DNA from: Mayamaea pseudoterrestris
Taxonomy: Eukaryota
Assembly (NCBI GenBank): GCA_027923505.1
Contig: BROI01000002.1
Location: 1,488,001 to 1,552,000 of the forward strand
DNA: 64,000 bases
Direction: 5' to 3'
Shown: positions 1 to 10,035 of the stretch, piece by piece
Layout: every line of letters starts with the position of its first letter
Numbering within the stretch: position 1 is the first letter of the stretch
Made by a program: the position numbers and the translations under genes
Notes under the pieces: generated by a model
The model's input: the letters and a program-made list of their open reading frames with translations, nothing else
What the model was told of the DNA's origin: nothing
Database searches by the model: none

Positions 1-630
1 CAAGCGGCAGCAACTGCCTTGATGAGCCATCCAGAAGCAGCATTTCGCTTACATTGAAAATCAAAACGAGAAAGACGCATGCTGCTGGAACTAATGATAT
101 ACTCTTGCAGCTCTTCGCCGGCTGTCGGTAGGTAGGAGAAGGCTCGGTGCCTAACATATCTGTCATGGTGACTACCGGTAGTACTTGTAGCACTTGTGGT
201 TGATCTTCTCGCGTTTCAAAATGCCGTTGGAATATCATGACGTTTTGGGGCTTAACTATATTTTTCCTCCACCTCCGTTGGAGTCATGGTACGATAAAAG
301 GACGTTTTTATAAAGCTATGTGGTTAAATAGAGATGAGCCCGACCAAGTTGGCGATGCTCCATGTTTGAAGTGGCGAAGAATATTCAAATGTTGATGGAA
401 GTAGCGCTTTCTTTGAATCGCATTGTGGGATAATGTACCCATTGGCGGATGGAGGGTCTGTGATCGAGCAGCAGCAGCTGCTTAACGCCACAGCTGGCTT
501 TCTGTGGGTCTATTATGTTCTTACCTGCTCAAGGGAGGAGGAGCCATTCTGAGGTAGCAGTATAAATATGAACGTCTCGTTATTTATATGGCCACAACTT
601 GCCACGGCCACACTCGTCCCCTCCATCGCA

Positions 631-1860
631 CTAATATTCCTCGACATCATGCTGTCGATGAATCGTGGGTGGCTCGCCTCCATTGGCCTGGAGCATTGAC
701 TCCCACAATTTTTCCATTACAAGCAAGCGCTGCGTCGACATGTCAATGCCTTGTAGAAACTGGACCCGCTCCGCTCCAGGGCTCAATGCTTGCAGCTGTT
801 GCATAACTAGCTGAGATGCGTGTTTCGCTTGGGCGAGTTTGATCTCACGCTCCTCTGGTCCCATGGATAACAGTTCCCCGAGAATTTCCTGATGGAGCTT
901 GGAAGCTTGCTTCGCCATGTCCCATTGACTTGCTTGCTCAGCGGCATTACCTTTCTGGGAATCCTCTCGTATATGCTCTGATGATGGTACGTTTACAGCT
1001 AGATTATCATTGCTTGTTGTCAATGTCGACGTTGCAATCACTTGCCCCGATGCCGCGTCAATAATCTGCTCGGAATATTCCACGTTGACGACGCGCGTGG
1101 AGCCTCCTTGATCATGATCGTTCAGACTCGACTTCATCGACTCCATGGTGGCGTTTTGAATGGCGGCACTTAATGTGGCGCCCATGTTTGCCAACAGACG
1201 AGTTAATTCCTCGTCGTTAGATGATGCTTCAAGTAGTCGCTTGATTTCCGCCGCTCCAAAGTCTGCATCGTAGCCAATGGCACGGAGGAACATTTGCTGA
1301 ATCCGTTCCAATCGCTCCTGCGGAAAGAATGGGGCTGGCAACGTTTCGTGCAAGTCGGCAAAAAGTGGTGCGCCAGACGAAAGGTGTGACTGGACGTTGG
1401 GCAGTCGGACTGCAACGTTGCACAAGCCAATGAATTCCACTAGATCCGACCGACTCATAGAACCTGATGACTTCAGTGATCGTTGTTTCCTTGCCGCATA
1501 TGATTGGACTTCCCATGAACATTCCGAGTGTAGCACTAATCGAGCAAAGGCAAGGCGAGCAGCTTCATTCATCTTGTCCATAACAGTCTTGACTGGGAGC
1601 GGCAGAAGTTCTTCTCGCGTTCCAAGCTTTTGTAAATGGGCTTGGACTTGACTCGTCGTAACATGCTTATCGCCAGACTCTTGTGCTGCGTTGTACTGGT
1701 TTATCCATTGCTCTAAACATGCAAGTTGCGTCGACAAGAGGCGCTGGCGAATCTCGGAAATGTCAAGTGCAGCAGCCGAAGCTTGATCCAAGACGAGTTC
1801 GTTCAGTGACTTCTCGGCCAATTCAAAGAATTCAATAAAAACAGAGTCGTTCAGTTCCAT
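631..1860 (-). CDS. Hypothetical protein (409 aa, helical)
   Basis: Long single ORF with ATG and protein-like composition; no family motif recognised. Confidence 0.7.
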   Translation of the reverse strand: MELNDSVFIEFFELAEKSLNELVLDQASAAALDISEIRQRLLSTQLACLEQWINQYNAAQESGDKHVTTSQVQAHLQKLGTREELLPLPVKTVMDKMNEAARLAFARLVLHSECSWEVQSYAARKQRSLKSSGSMSRSDLVEFIGLCNVAVRLPNVQSHLSSGAPLFADLHETLPAPFFPQERLERIQQMFLRAIGYDADFGAAEIKRLLEASSNDEELTRLLANMGATLSAAIQNATMESMKSSLNDHDQGGSTRVVNVEYSEQIIDAASGQVIATSTLTTSNDNLAVNVPSSEHIREDSQKGNAAEQASQWDMAKQASKLHQEILGELLSMGPEEREIKLAQAKHASQLVMQQLQALSPGAERVQFLQGIDMSTQRLLVMEKLWESMLQANGGEPPTIHRQHDVEEY

Positions 1861-1976
1861 GTTTAACCGGATGTGAAAGAGAACAACAATCGTAGCTTTC
1901 TACAACGACAAAAGCCTGCCTTTTGGACTGGACGCTGCGACGATCTTGTGACGATTTTGCTTTGATCGTCGAACGG

Positions 1977-1984
1977 TTTATATA
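1977..1984 (+). promoter_or_regulatory. TATA-like element upstream of the permuted tRNA
   Basis: TTTATATA about 30 nt upstream of the 3' half; function inferred from position. Confidence 0.45.
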
Positions 1985-2014
1985 GATTCTGAGAACCTTT
2001 TCAGCACGGTAATT

Positions 2015-2095
2015 TTCGAATGGTCGGGTGTTCGACTCACCCCTGGTGCTTCTTCCGATGCACTAGTAGCTCAGTGGCAGAGCGTTCGATTGCAG
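2015..2095 (+). tRNA. tRNA-Cys(GCA): Circularly permuted tRNA-Cys(GCA): 3' half 2015-2050, 9-nt spacer 2051-2059, 5' half 2060-2095
   Basis: 5' half is GCACTAG TA GCTC AGTGGCA GAGC G TTCGA TT GCA G. 3' half is T TCGAA TGGTC GGGTG TTCGACT CACCC CTGGTGC T. Joined, they give a 7-bp acceptor stem (GCACTAG/CTGGTGC), D stem GCTC/GAGC, anticodon stem TTCGA/TCGAA, T stem GGGTG/CACCC, anticodon GCA (2092-2094) and the Cys discriminator U73 (2050). Confidence 0.9.
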
Positions 2096-2100
2096 TCCAC

Positions 2101-2104
2101 TTTT
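2101..2104 (+). terminator. Putative RNA polymerase III terminator (T4)
   Basis: TTTT begins 6 nt after the end of the 5' half; a longer T run follows at about 2123-2128. Confidence 0.5.
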
Positions 2105-2503
2105 GCATATGCTTAATAACTCTTTTTTAAGTTAAAGCAGGGTCTTGCCAATTGTTATGACTGTTTCATCGTTATTGATCGCTATTACCGGTATATTACA
2201 GGAGCTTCGCGGCACCAAGCCTTTACCGCAGCGGTACTTCTGGATCACCAATCAGTAGTCGACAAAACGTCGACCCGTTTTGTACACGAAGTGCAATAGT
2301 TATCGTGAATTGCGTCACGATGTTCTTTAAATATAGGGAAAAGTGTTCGAAGAACACAAGCGGCTTCGATGGAACCAGTACACGGAACATCAAAGTCCAC
2401 GTCTCGACATGCTCACAACCCACGTGGAAGTTGGCATAGAAACGTGGGAGGTTCGCAAGTGTGATCATCCGCGATCCGCGACCACAATCATTGTCCATCA
2501 CGA

Positions 2504-2863
2504 ATGACGGAAGATAATTTGACCATGACAGCCCTCAACAACTCGCCGAATGCACCAGCAGCGCGTCAACCTCGTCGCGTCCGTCTCAAAACTCCCAGCT
2601 CATTGTCTGGAATGCTGGAAGGTTCGAAGCCGTCAGCCGCTGCCGCAAAACCTGTCGAACATGAGCACCGTCGCTCAAAAGCACTCGTGATGAGCAACGA
2701 AGAGCTTCAGTTGCTGGCTCGCAGCCTTCGTCGCGCCAAGCGCCGACTGCTACTTGCCGCTGTGGCGCAACCGAATGACATTCATCAAGATTCGCAAGAG
2801 TTTACGGAGAGTGACGACTCTGAATTATTCCAAACCCGCAGCGAAGCCTTTGCCGCGTCCTAA
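2504..2863 (+). CDS. Small hypothetical protein (119 aa)
   Basis: ATG-initiated ORF with protein-like low-complexity and basic sequence; no domain recognised. Confidence 0.5.
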   Translation: MTEDNLTMTALNNSPNAPAARQPRRVRLKTPSSLSGMLEGSKPSAAAAKPVEHEHRRSKALVMSNEELQLLARSLRRAKRRLLLAAVAQPNDIHQDSQEFTESDDSELFQTRSEAFAAS

Positions 2864-3603
2864 CGGAGGCTAATGCAATTTGCGACGCAATGACCGACAA
2901 ACTTACCAATGTACCAGCAATTTCTTTACTTACAATCTCAGTTGTTGACTCGAAATCAGGGTAATCTGCACATGAAGATGAATTCCTTGATAGGCGATTC
3001 AAGTTTACTGGCAACTGGCAATGGCGTAACCATGGATGCCATGCATCAATATATACGTTGCGTCGCATTCAGTTTGCTTGACAATGATGACTGAAAGTGT
3101 AGCTTATACGATCTATATTTCATTTATAAACATCATATAACCTTCTCTACATATCCTGCTCGTTCATTTATCGTTTGTAGCCTACTAAAGTATTTGGCAC
3201 GTCACGTCAGCTCGTCAACCCTCAAAGTTGTAAGCCCAAGAATGGGTAACCATTCCGAATCCTTCTACCTACAGATCTATATGCGCTGTTTTTATATCCA
3301 TGACGTGAAGAATGCTGATTAGTATCTGTCAGCAGATGGTAGCAATCTCTAGCTGGCGCATGATGGATGATAGCCGCAAATCGTACCGGCACTGCCACGT
3401 GGAGGTACACGACTGCGTGACACGCCTCCACCATGATGATTCTTTCGAACAAAGTCGACTTGACTGCTTGTATCAATCGTCCTGCTTCAGAGTCATTTTC
3501 TAAAGGAAAGATAGTCAGCAATTCTCTCATAGTAATGCTTTCAAGTGCATTGTGCAATTCTACACATCGCCTCGTGTCTCGTCGCCAAACACTGTCATTC
3601 ATC

Positions 3604-4431
3604 ATGAAGCGCAACATTGTCTTGACATCACTCGCTGGAGCTCTTGCTACTTGTTCAAAATATAACGTGAATGCCTTTTCTATACAAAATCCATCTGTTC
3701 AATCATTCACGTCTACATATAGGCATGGTCTTCCATTTCAAGTGAGCAGTCGCTCATATCATTCGTCGGCACGCACGTCTCTCTTCGCCAGCAAGAACAA
3801 CAACGACAACAGCGGCGGCGGCCTCGTCGAAACGGTCAAAAACGTTGCCAAGACGATTCTCCCATCCAGTTGGTTCCAAAGCCAGCAGGAAAAGAAGGCT
3901 GCCATTGAAAAGTCTCGTCGCATGCAGGAAATCAAAAGCAATCTTAAGGAAATGCTGCAGGATGCGCCACTGCCAATGCGCATCATGGGCGGCCTGGTAG
4001 GCAACGTGTTTTCGAGCGCGCTGTCGAGCATGGCGGAAACCATGCAGGAGCAGCAGGAGACTGTGAGTGAGTTGCTGCGTCAGGCGGAGCGAGCCATACT
4101 GGCGGATAATGCGGCAGTGGCGGCGCTGGGCGCGCCCATTGTTGTGGCGAAGCAGCCCTTTTCGCAGTCGTCCAGCACCACTTCCATCAACGGCAAGACG
4201 GTGACGAACGTTCAACTCGGCTTTGCCGTGAATGGGAGTCTTCAGTCGGGTGTCGCGCAGCTAACGTCGGATGGAACTGGTATTCGGCAGCTGGTGGTGC
4301 AGGTGGGAGGTCGCGTTCTTTCCGTGAATCCGACGGTCGGGCAAGCGTCCGCTGCGACTGGTCGGCGAAGAATGGATGAAAGTGACATCATCGAGGCGGA
4401 GATTATTGAAAAGGAGACCAAGCTAAAGTAA
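3604..4431 (+). CDS. Putative plastid-targeted conserved hypothetical protein
   Basis: Likely start MKRNIVLTSLAGAL at 3604 within ORF 3433-4431. Signal peptide followed by 'NAF' and a Ser/Arg-rich transit region; globular C-terminus (QPFSQSSSTTSING). Confidence 0.7.
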   Translation: MKRNIVLTSLAGALATCSKYNVNAFSIQNPSVQSFTSTYRHGLPFQVSSRSYHSSARTSLFASKNNNDNSGGGLVETVKNVAKTILPSSWFQSQQEKKAAIEKSRRMQEIKSNLKEMLQDAPLPMRIMGGLVGNVFSSALSSMAETMQEQQETVSELLRQAERAILADNAAVAALGAPIVVAKQPFSQSSSTTSINGKTVTNVQLGFAVNGSLQSGVAQLTSDGTGIRQLVVQVGGRVLSVNPTVGQASAATGRRRMDESDIIEAEIIEKETKLK

Positions 4432-4663
4432 TTATAGTCGATAGAATATGTATGATTTATGTGCAAGAGTTTGTGGGTACTTGTAGTAAAAGAAGCAATG
4501 CGATCACACAATGAGGCACTGTATTTGAACACGTGGCACCACAAATCAGCAGGCTACCCTGTAACAGAAAATTAGATTCCACATTCGTTACCACTAAGGT
4601 AGATGGTTGGCCATTGAAGAGGAGCAGGACATGCCGCAACGCATCGAAAGGCCATGTCAGCCT

Positions 4664-5905
4664 TCAATCTTCTAGCTCGACATTCGAGAATTTGCATGAG
4701 CCGGTTGAAACTTCCACATAGGGGATCAATTCGCAATCATCGGGAACTTTCCATCCAATGAGACAAACATTCTCCAATAACTCCTCTTTTCCATGCTCAA
4801 GAGATCGGTTGGTCGCAGCAACCAGGGCACCGTCAATAAAAAACTCTAATTCATCCGTGTATATATTCTTGCCGCACCGAAATACAGAATTTTCGTGAAT
4901 CGTGATGGCAATGGGATTGCACATTTTCAATAAACCATCACGACCAATGTAGCGCAATGCCTTCATCTGCGTATCAAAGATCATTGGTTGGATATGCTTT
5001 AGAAAAGCTGGTCTGTCAACGGCATAAATGGGCTCTCTATGAATCCACCCAATGCGACACAAAGATGGTCCGCTTAGCGCCACTTCAAATGCTTGTACTT
5101 GACGGGTATGAGATGCTCCAAATTTAAGTTTTGGTCGATCGAGACAAACGCGTTGAATGCTGCCTGGTGCATCGATCTGGTCGTTCTCAAGGGTAATATC
5201 TAAAATGGAGCCGTTTTGAGAGATCATAGAACGACTGTTCCATATTTGAACCGACTCTCCAAATTTGTAAATCTCGTAGTTGTAACAGACATTTGTTAAC
5301 CCGAAAGCGTCGACCATGGTTCGAAATCCTAGCTCATCCTTGGGATCCTTGAACGACGGCGTCATGGGAGGAAAGTTGCTCGTCGTGGCGGTCATGGAGC
5401 TCAACGTGCGCAAAAAGTCCAGTAATGGAACGAACAGCTCGGGCTTGTAATCAATGAAAAAACTTCCTTGCTCATTCTTGGGGAGAGAATCATCCCAGCG
5501 TCCGCTAAAGGTTTCTGCGAGCTTGCTTCCTTTCGTGTAAGTCAATGTGCTACGAAGCGTCTGAATCAATTTCTCTCCGCCAATATTCAAAGTCAATACG
5601 TCGCTCCCCAAAGCTTTCTTATCATACTTTTTGCTTAAGCACGTGTCTGTTCGCTGACGCTTCGACTTGCCGTCATTCGGGCCGCTGGAGTCTTGATCTT
5701 CAGCAACATCGTCGTGATGACGCTGCCGTGAGCTTTCGGCGGCGGCCGCAGCGTCGTCGTGCTCAACAGCGTTAGCTGGATTCATGGCTACAATCGCTTG
5801 ATCGTCTGTTCTTGAGAATGCTTGCTTCAATGAGGGTCGTGATGCAATATTTAATAAGGAGTATTGCGCAGCGGTACAATAGTGCCGCAGCTTGCTTTGT
5901 GGCAA
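4664..5905 (-). CDS. BTB/POZ (KCTD/T1-type) domain protein with beta-rich C-terminal domain
   Basis: VLTLNIGG..TLRSTLT...GSKLAETFSGRWD....FFID..PELFVPLLDFLR is the KCTD-type BTB signature. Confidence 0.85.
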   Translation of the reverse strand: MPQSKLRHYCTAAQYSLLNIASRPSLKQAFSRTDDQAIVAMNPANAVEHDDAAAAAESSRQRHHDDVAEDQDSSGPNDGKSKRQRTDTCLSKKYDKKALGSDVLTLNIGGEKLIQTLRSTLTYTKGSKLAETFSGRWDDSLPKNEQGSFFIDYKPELFVPLLDFLRTLSSMTATTSNFPPMTPSFKDPKDELGFRTMVDAFGLTNVCYNYEIYKFGESVQIWNSRSMISQNGSILDITLENDQIDAPGSIQRVCLDRPKLKFGASHTRQVQAFEVALSGPSLCRIGWIHREPIYAVDRPAFLKHIQPMIFDTQMKALRYIGRDGLLKMCNPIAITIHENSVFRCGKNIYTDELEFFIDGALVAATNRSLEHGKEELLENVCLIGWKVPDDCELIPYVEVSTGSCKFSNVELED

Positions 5906-6127
5906 GCGTCAAGGCGGAGGATCCAAAATCCATCTCGTGTCGCAGCGGGTTTGGATTTCTTTTAAAAGCGAGACGCTTTGCGGGCAGATCTGCAAATCAC
6001 ACTCATCGAGAACACGCACCACTAACGAGCAACTCCCATCCTTGACGCGGAATGAACCGCTCAATCATGCAGGAATAGAATATTTCAAGGGAGTCGTCTC
6101 GCCGGTGGCGCTTGCAGAATTTACTGG

Positions 6128-7558
6128 ATGCGGGGTGCACTGGCAACAATGCCGACCGCGACTCCTGCATCCATGTACTTTTACTATCAAAACTGCTCAG
6201 AGATAAAAGTGAACATGCTGCTCTTAATTTTTCTATGTCTCGCAGTTTGTCAGGTGTGTGCAAATGACTTGCAAATTACTCTTATTGCGTCATCGCCATT
6301 TTACATGGCGTTGCGACCAACCGCCAAAGAGATTGACTTTACCGCCATCCAAGCAGTTGCAAACGCCATTTCTGTATCGCTACTTGCACAACAAAGTCAG
6401 AATGCCTATTTGGATATGGAGGTTGTGACGCAGCAAGTGGACTTTATTTCGCCGTCGACTTCGCGACTCCGCTTCTTTGTGCTGGCAACGACCATTGTCC
6501 AGGCTTCGGATAGTGTCGCCGACGAGAAGCAGGCATTGGATTTGCTGCTCACCATGACATTTACAGACTCGGTTGCTAAAGCTGATTTTGTGAAGCAAGT
6601 TCGCTCGGCTTCGCAGCTGCAAAATGTTACGCAAGCAGCTCTGGCGCCAGTTGTTTCTAATTCATCGGCAGGCACATCGGGCTCGAAGAAGACGCTTTCT
6701 GTTCTTGACATTGTGCTGATCTCAATAAGTATACTCATTTTTCTCGGCATTGTATACATGGTCGTTGAACATCACCGCGACCGAGGTTGGCTGGAGAATC
6801 AGCGCATGTTTACCGCGAACGAAGCTAGTCATTCACCAGAACACACTTTGGCGTATCCCAGCACACCGCCCAGCATAAAAACTGCTGGACGGGAGCGGCA
6901 ACTTTCAGATATGGACGGACTTTCCACGACTCCAAGCTCGCCTAACTCGGATTCTGGGGCCAACGCGTCGGGTGCTCCGCGACAAGCAAAGTTGACTTAT
7001 TCGCCTCGTCTTACAAGTGTCTCGAGCCTTCCTTCGACGCCCATTCCGTTACTACCTCCGTCGTCTTTGGATGTCGAGTCACTTTCACATTCACGGTCTT
7101 CGTACAGGTCTGAAAGGACAATTCGCTTTGATCAGTCGACAAGTCCTAACAGAAGCTGCACGGGGATTAAAGTCGATAAACGCGGCACTGACTGCCCTGC
7201 AGGCAAAGGTGCCACTGAGATGGGCGGCATTAACTCCACCGAAAGCAGTGAGGATGTTTTCCATATTGATATGCAAGCAGTGAAAGGCAAGGACGATTCG
7301 GTCGAGGATGACGACGTGGCGAGTAAGCAAAGCGCGGCATCCGCAATTTCCGATTGGATCAAGGGCATACGCGTGGTTTCATCCAACAAATCGAACCTCT
7401 CTCAGTCGAGCAATATTTCGACCGCATCCATGGCAGAATCCAGCTTGGGGCAGTCATCCTTAGAGCAGCTGTCGCTGGAACACAGCATGGCTGACTCCTC
7501 AGTTGGTGAGCCAGATCTGGATGAAGTAGTAGTAAGCGATGAGCACATTCCGGTATAG
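6128..7558 (+). CDS. Single-pass membrane protein with Ser-rich cytoplasmic tail
   Basis: Hydrophobic signal-like segment (MLLLIFLCLAVCQVCA; true start probably this Met) and a TM helix (IVLISISILIFLGIVYMVV). Confidence 0.7.
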   Translation: MRGALATMPTATPASMYFYYQNCSEIKVNMLLLIFLCLAVCQVCANDLQITLIASSPFYMALRPTAKEIDFTAIQAVANAISVSLLAQQSQNAYLDMEVVTQQVDFISPSTSRLRFFVLATTIVQASDSVADEKQALDLLLTMTFTDSVAKADFVKQVRSASQLQNVTQAALAPVVSNSSAGTSGSKKTLSVLDIVLISISILIFLGIVYMVVEHHRDRGWLENQRMFTANEASHSPEHTLAYPSTPPSIKTAGRERQLSDMDGLSTTPSSPNSDSGANASGAPRQAKLTYSPRLTSVSSLPSTPIPLLPPSSLDVESLSHSRSSYRSERTIRFDQSTSPNRSCTGIKVDKRGTDCPAGKGATEMGGINSTESSEDVFHIDMQAVKGKDDSVEDDDVASKQSAASAISDWIKGIRVVSSNKSNLSQSSNISTASMAESSLGQSSLEQLSLEHSMADSSVGEPDLDEVVVSDEHIPV

Positions 7559-7743
7559 TACGATGCAAGCATGACTGTTTCAGCCAAAGCAGGAACTATA
7601 TAAGAAAATAAATTCTCAAGTTAATTTTAGCCGGTCATCAAACTCACAACGACATTTCGCGAGCACCTTGGGGAACTCCACTACAATAGTATTACATACA
7701 GTACAACAAAGACACTTGTCAACACCTCAACCATCCGCGAACA

Positions 7744-9573
7744 TCAACTTTCACTATCCATGTTCTTGTCTTTGGGTGACCGCCGCAGCCATCGTGACAG
7801 TCGCGAGCGCGACTTTTTGATTCTTTCTCCTGTTACTTGCACCGATGCACTGAGCAAAGACCGATAGCTGGTGCGTAAGTGCTGCAATTCTTTCTCCTGA
7901 TCTTGAACCGTTCGTCGAAGACTCTGTATATCAGAATTCAAGTTTGCAATTTCCCGATTCCTTTGAGACAACGTCGCAATATAACGCTTTTCGACATTCT
8001 TGCTGTCGGCAACGGCGGCGTTTCGTTCTTTTTGCAGCTTATCCAAGAGTAGCTGAAGTTCATCATTTTTATTGTGCGATGCTTCAAGATCCGTTTCAAG
8101 TGATGACAAGCTTGTACTGAGCGTCTGTATTTGCGTCTCGTACTTATCTTTTAGTCGTTTTTCGTTCTTTCGTGCATCGCGCTTGGCACCTTCCCAAAGT
8201 GCAGTCATTTCTTGCCTTATCGCTTCGAATCGATCATTCATTTGCCGTTTCTTCAATCTGCCTATTCGAATCTCGTCCTCGAGGCGTTTGTTGTACTTTT
8301 CCTCCATGGACTCGTAACTAAGCTTTTCCTCTTCGAGTCGCTCCTCCATTTGCTGGAGACGAGACTGTTCCTCGTCAATCCGACTTTCTAACGTCAGCTT
8401 CTCACTTTCGAACCTTACTTGTTCCTTCTCTAGACGCTCCGCCAAGCTCTTTACCGCAAGTTGCTCAATACGAATCTTCTTTTCAAGATTGCCTTGAACC
8501 TCGCGGAAGCGAGCTTGCTCGCTCTTCATCATCGACTCAACTTGCTGCAGCTTTTCCCGCTCCTCCTCCAGTTGCTTTTTTAGATCCTTTCGATCCTTTT
8601 CGCTAGTTGTCCGTTCAACTGCAAGGTCAGCTGTCCGTTCAGCGAGCAGCTTCTTTTGCTCCTCCAGCTGCGTTTTAAAGTCGCGCTCCTGTCGCTCAAA
8701 GTCTACTTGGTTTTGCTTCCATTCACGCTCCCGCTCCTCGAGACGCCCCCTCTCCTCGCGCAGTTGCTGCTCCATATTCTCCTTTTCCTTTGTGAATCGC
8801 TTCTTGTCACTATTCCACGTTGCTTCAATATCTTCAAGTCGCTTCTTTTCCTGCATGACTGTCGCTTGCAGCTCCTTTTTCTCCTGACTAAACTCCATTT
8901 GCTGAAACTCCAATGCATCTTCAATTTCATGCAGACGCTCCTTGAGTTGCTCCGATACACGCTGCTCCTGCTGAAAGGCTTGCATGGCCTGATTCATTTG
9001 ATCCTGCAGCAACGAAACTTCTCGCTCCAAGCGGTCGCGCTCGTCGGCATCTTCCTCCGACGCAACCTGATTCATATTAAACAGTGACTGCAGTTCCGCC
9101 AACTTTCCCAGCAAGCCAGTCTTTTCCATGCTCCATTGGTCGGAGGCGCGTTGGAGTTGCTTGTTCTTGGCGGCAAGCTGTGACTGTAAATCCAGCAGGG
9201 ACTGCTCGAGCCACTCGAGTTTGGCGGCGGATTCGTCCGTGGCGTTGCGCGTGGCTTGGTAGTCGTACTCGAGTTTGCCGGTCGGAGGGGGATAGTATGG
9301 GGGATGGGGAGTGCTGTCGTCTTTGTCGTCGTCCACGTCGACGGATGTTGCTGTCGTCGTGTCACGCGCCGATGTAGCGAGGCGCATCGACGGGCGATTA
9401 AACGAGAAAGATCCTTGGAGATTGGCTGCTGCATCTCTGCATCCAGTTATTCCAAAGTTTTTGAAGGTGATCCTTGTAGCCGATAAAGTCGGTGTTTTGG
9501 CGACGGAAAAGGAGTAAGCGAATGGAACGATCCACAAGGTAAAGAGAATGGAAACTCGTCCGTTGTTCTTCAT
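7744..9573 (-). CDS. Putative plastid-targeted long coiled-coil protein
   Basis: Signal peptide + 'YSF' + transit-like region, then about 480 aa of E/K/Q/R-rich heptads. Confidence 0.8.
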   Translation of the reverse strand: MKNNGRVSILFTLWIVPFAYSFSVAKTPTLSATRITFKNFGITGCRDAAANLQGSFSFNRPSMRLATSARDTTTATSVDVDDDKDDSTPHPPYYPPPTGKLEYDYQATRNATDESAAKLEWLEQSLLDLQSQLAAKNKQLQRASDQWSMEKTGLLGKLAELQSLFNMNQVASEEDADERDRLEREVSLLQDQMNQAMQAFQQEQRVSEQLKERLHEIEDALEFQQMEFSQEKKELQATVMQEKKRLEDIEATWNSDKKRFTKEKENMEQQLREERGRLEEREREWKQNQVDFERQERDFKTQLEEQKKLLAERTADLAVERTTSEKDRKDLKKQLEEEREKLQQVESMMKSEQARFREVQGNLEKKIRIEQLAVKSLAERLEKEQVRFESEKLTLESRIDEEQSRLQQMEERLEEEKLSYESMEEKYNKRLEDEIRIGRLKKRQMNDRFEAIRQEMTALWEGAKRDARKNEKRLKDKYETQIQTLSTSLSSLETDLEASHNKNDELQLLLDKLQKERNAAVADSKNVEKRYIATLSQRNREIANLNSDIQSLRRTVQDQEKELQHLRTSYRSLLSASVQVTGERIKKSRSRLSRWLRRSPKDKNMDSES

Positions 9574-10035
9574 GTTGCAGACAACCTCGTAACCGTAATG
9601 ACTAGGTAGAATACTGCTTGGACAGTCAGTGATTGTACGCAGCCGACGTTGAAAGTTGCGCCCTTTGGCAACTGCTGTTGACTGTCGGCAACGCTTTGAG
9701 CGCGCGGATCATCCAATCCTCATGGTGACGCAGACGAGAGCGTGACAGAATGTCGTAGCGGCTTTAAAAAGTCGGACCGCTTCTTACTGATGTCTGTCGA
9801 CGAAAGCAACCGTTGAGCTCCGTATGCATTGTTGCCATCGAGGTCCCGCAAGCTCCGTTCTTGTATTTGATCATTTACGACTGTCGTGGACTCATTCAAA
9901 GAGTCTTTTGCACCTCTTCGGCCAAGAAACTATACATACAGACCGACTTCTCAGCTCCATCGGCGGCTGGTTGCTGGTTTCACGGAACAATTATAATACA
10001 GTCACACACTGCTACTCCAAAAAGCCATTCGCAAC

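Noticed and set aside
1..600. Possible gene fragment at the window start
   Set aside because: Only short ORFs with no recognisable motif.
2015..2095. Interpretation as two broken tRNA pseudogene fragments
   Set aside because: The halves are exactly complementary, break precisely at 37/38 and have BHB-like flanks, which fits a permuted gene better.
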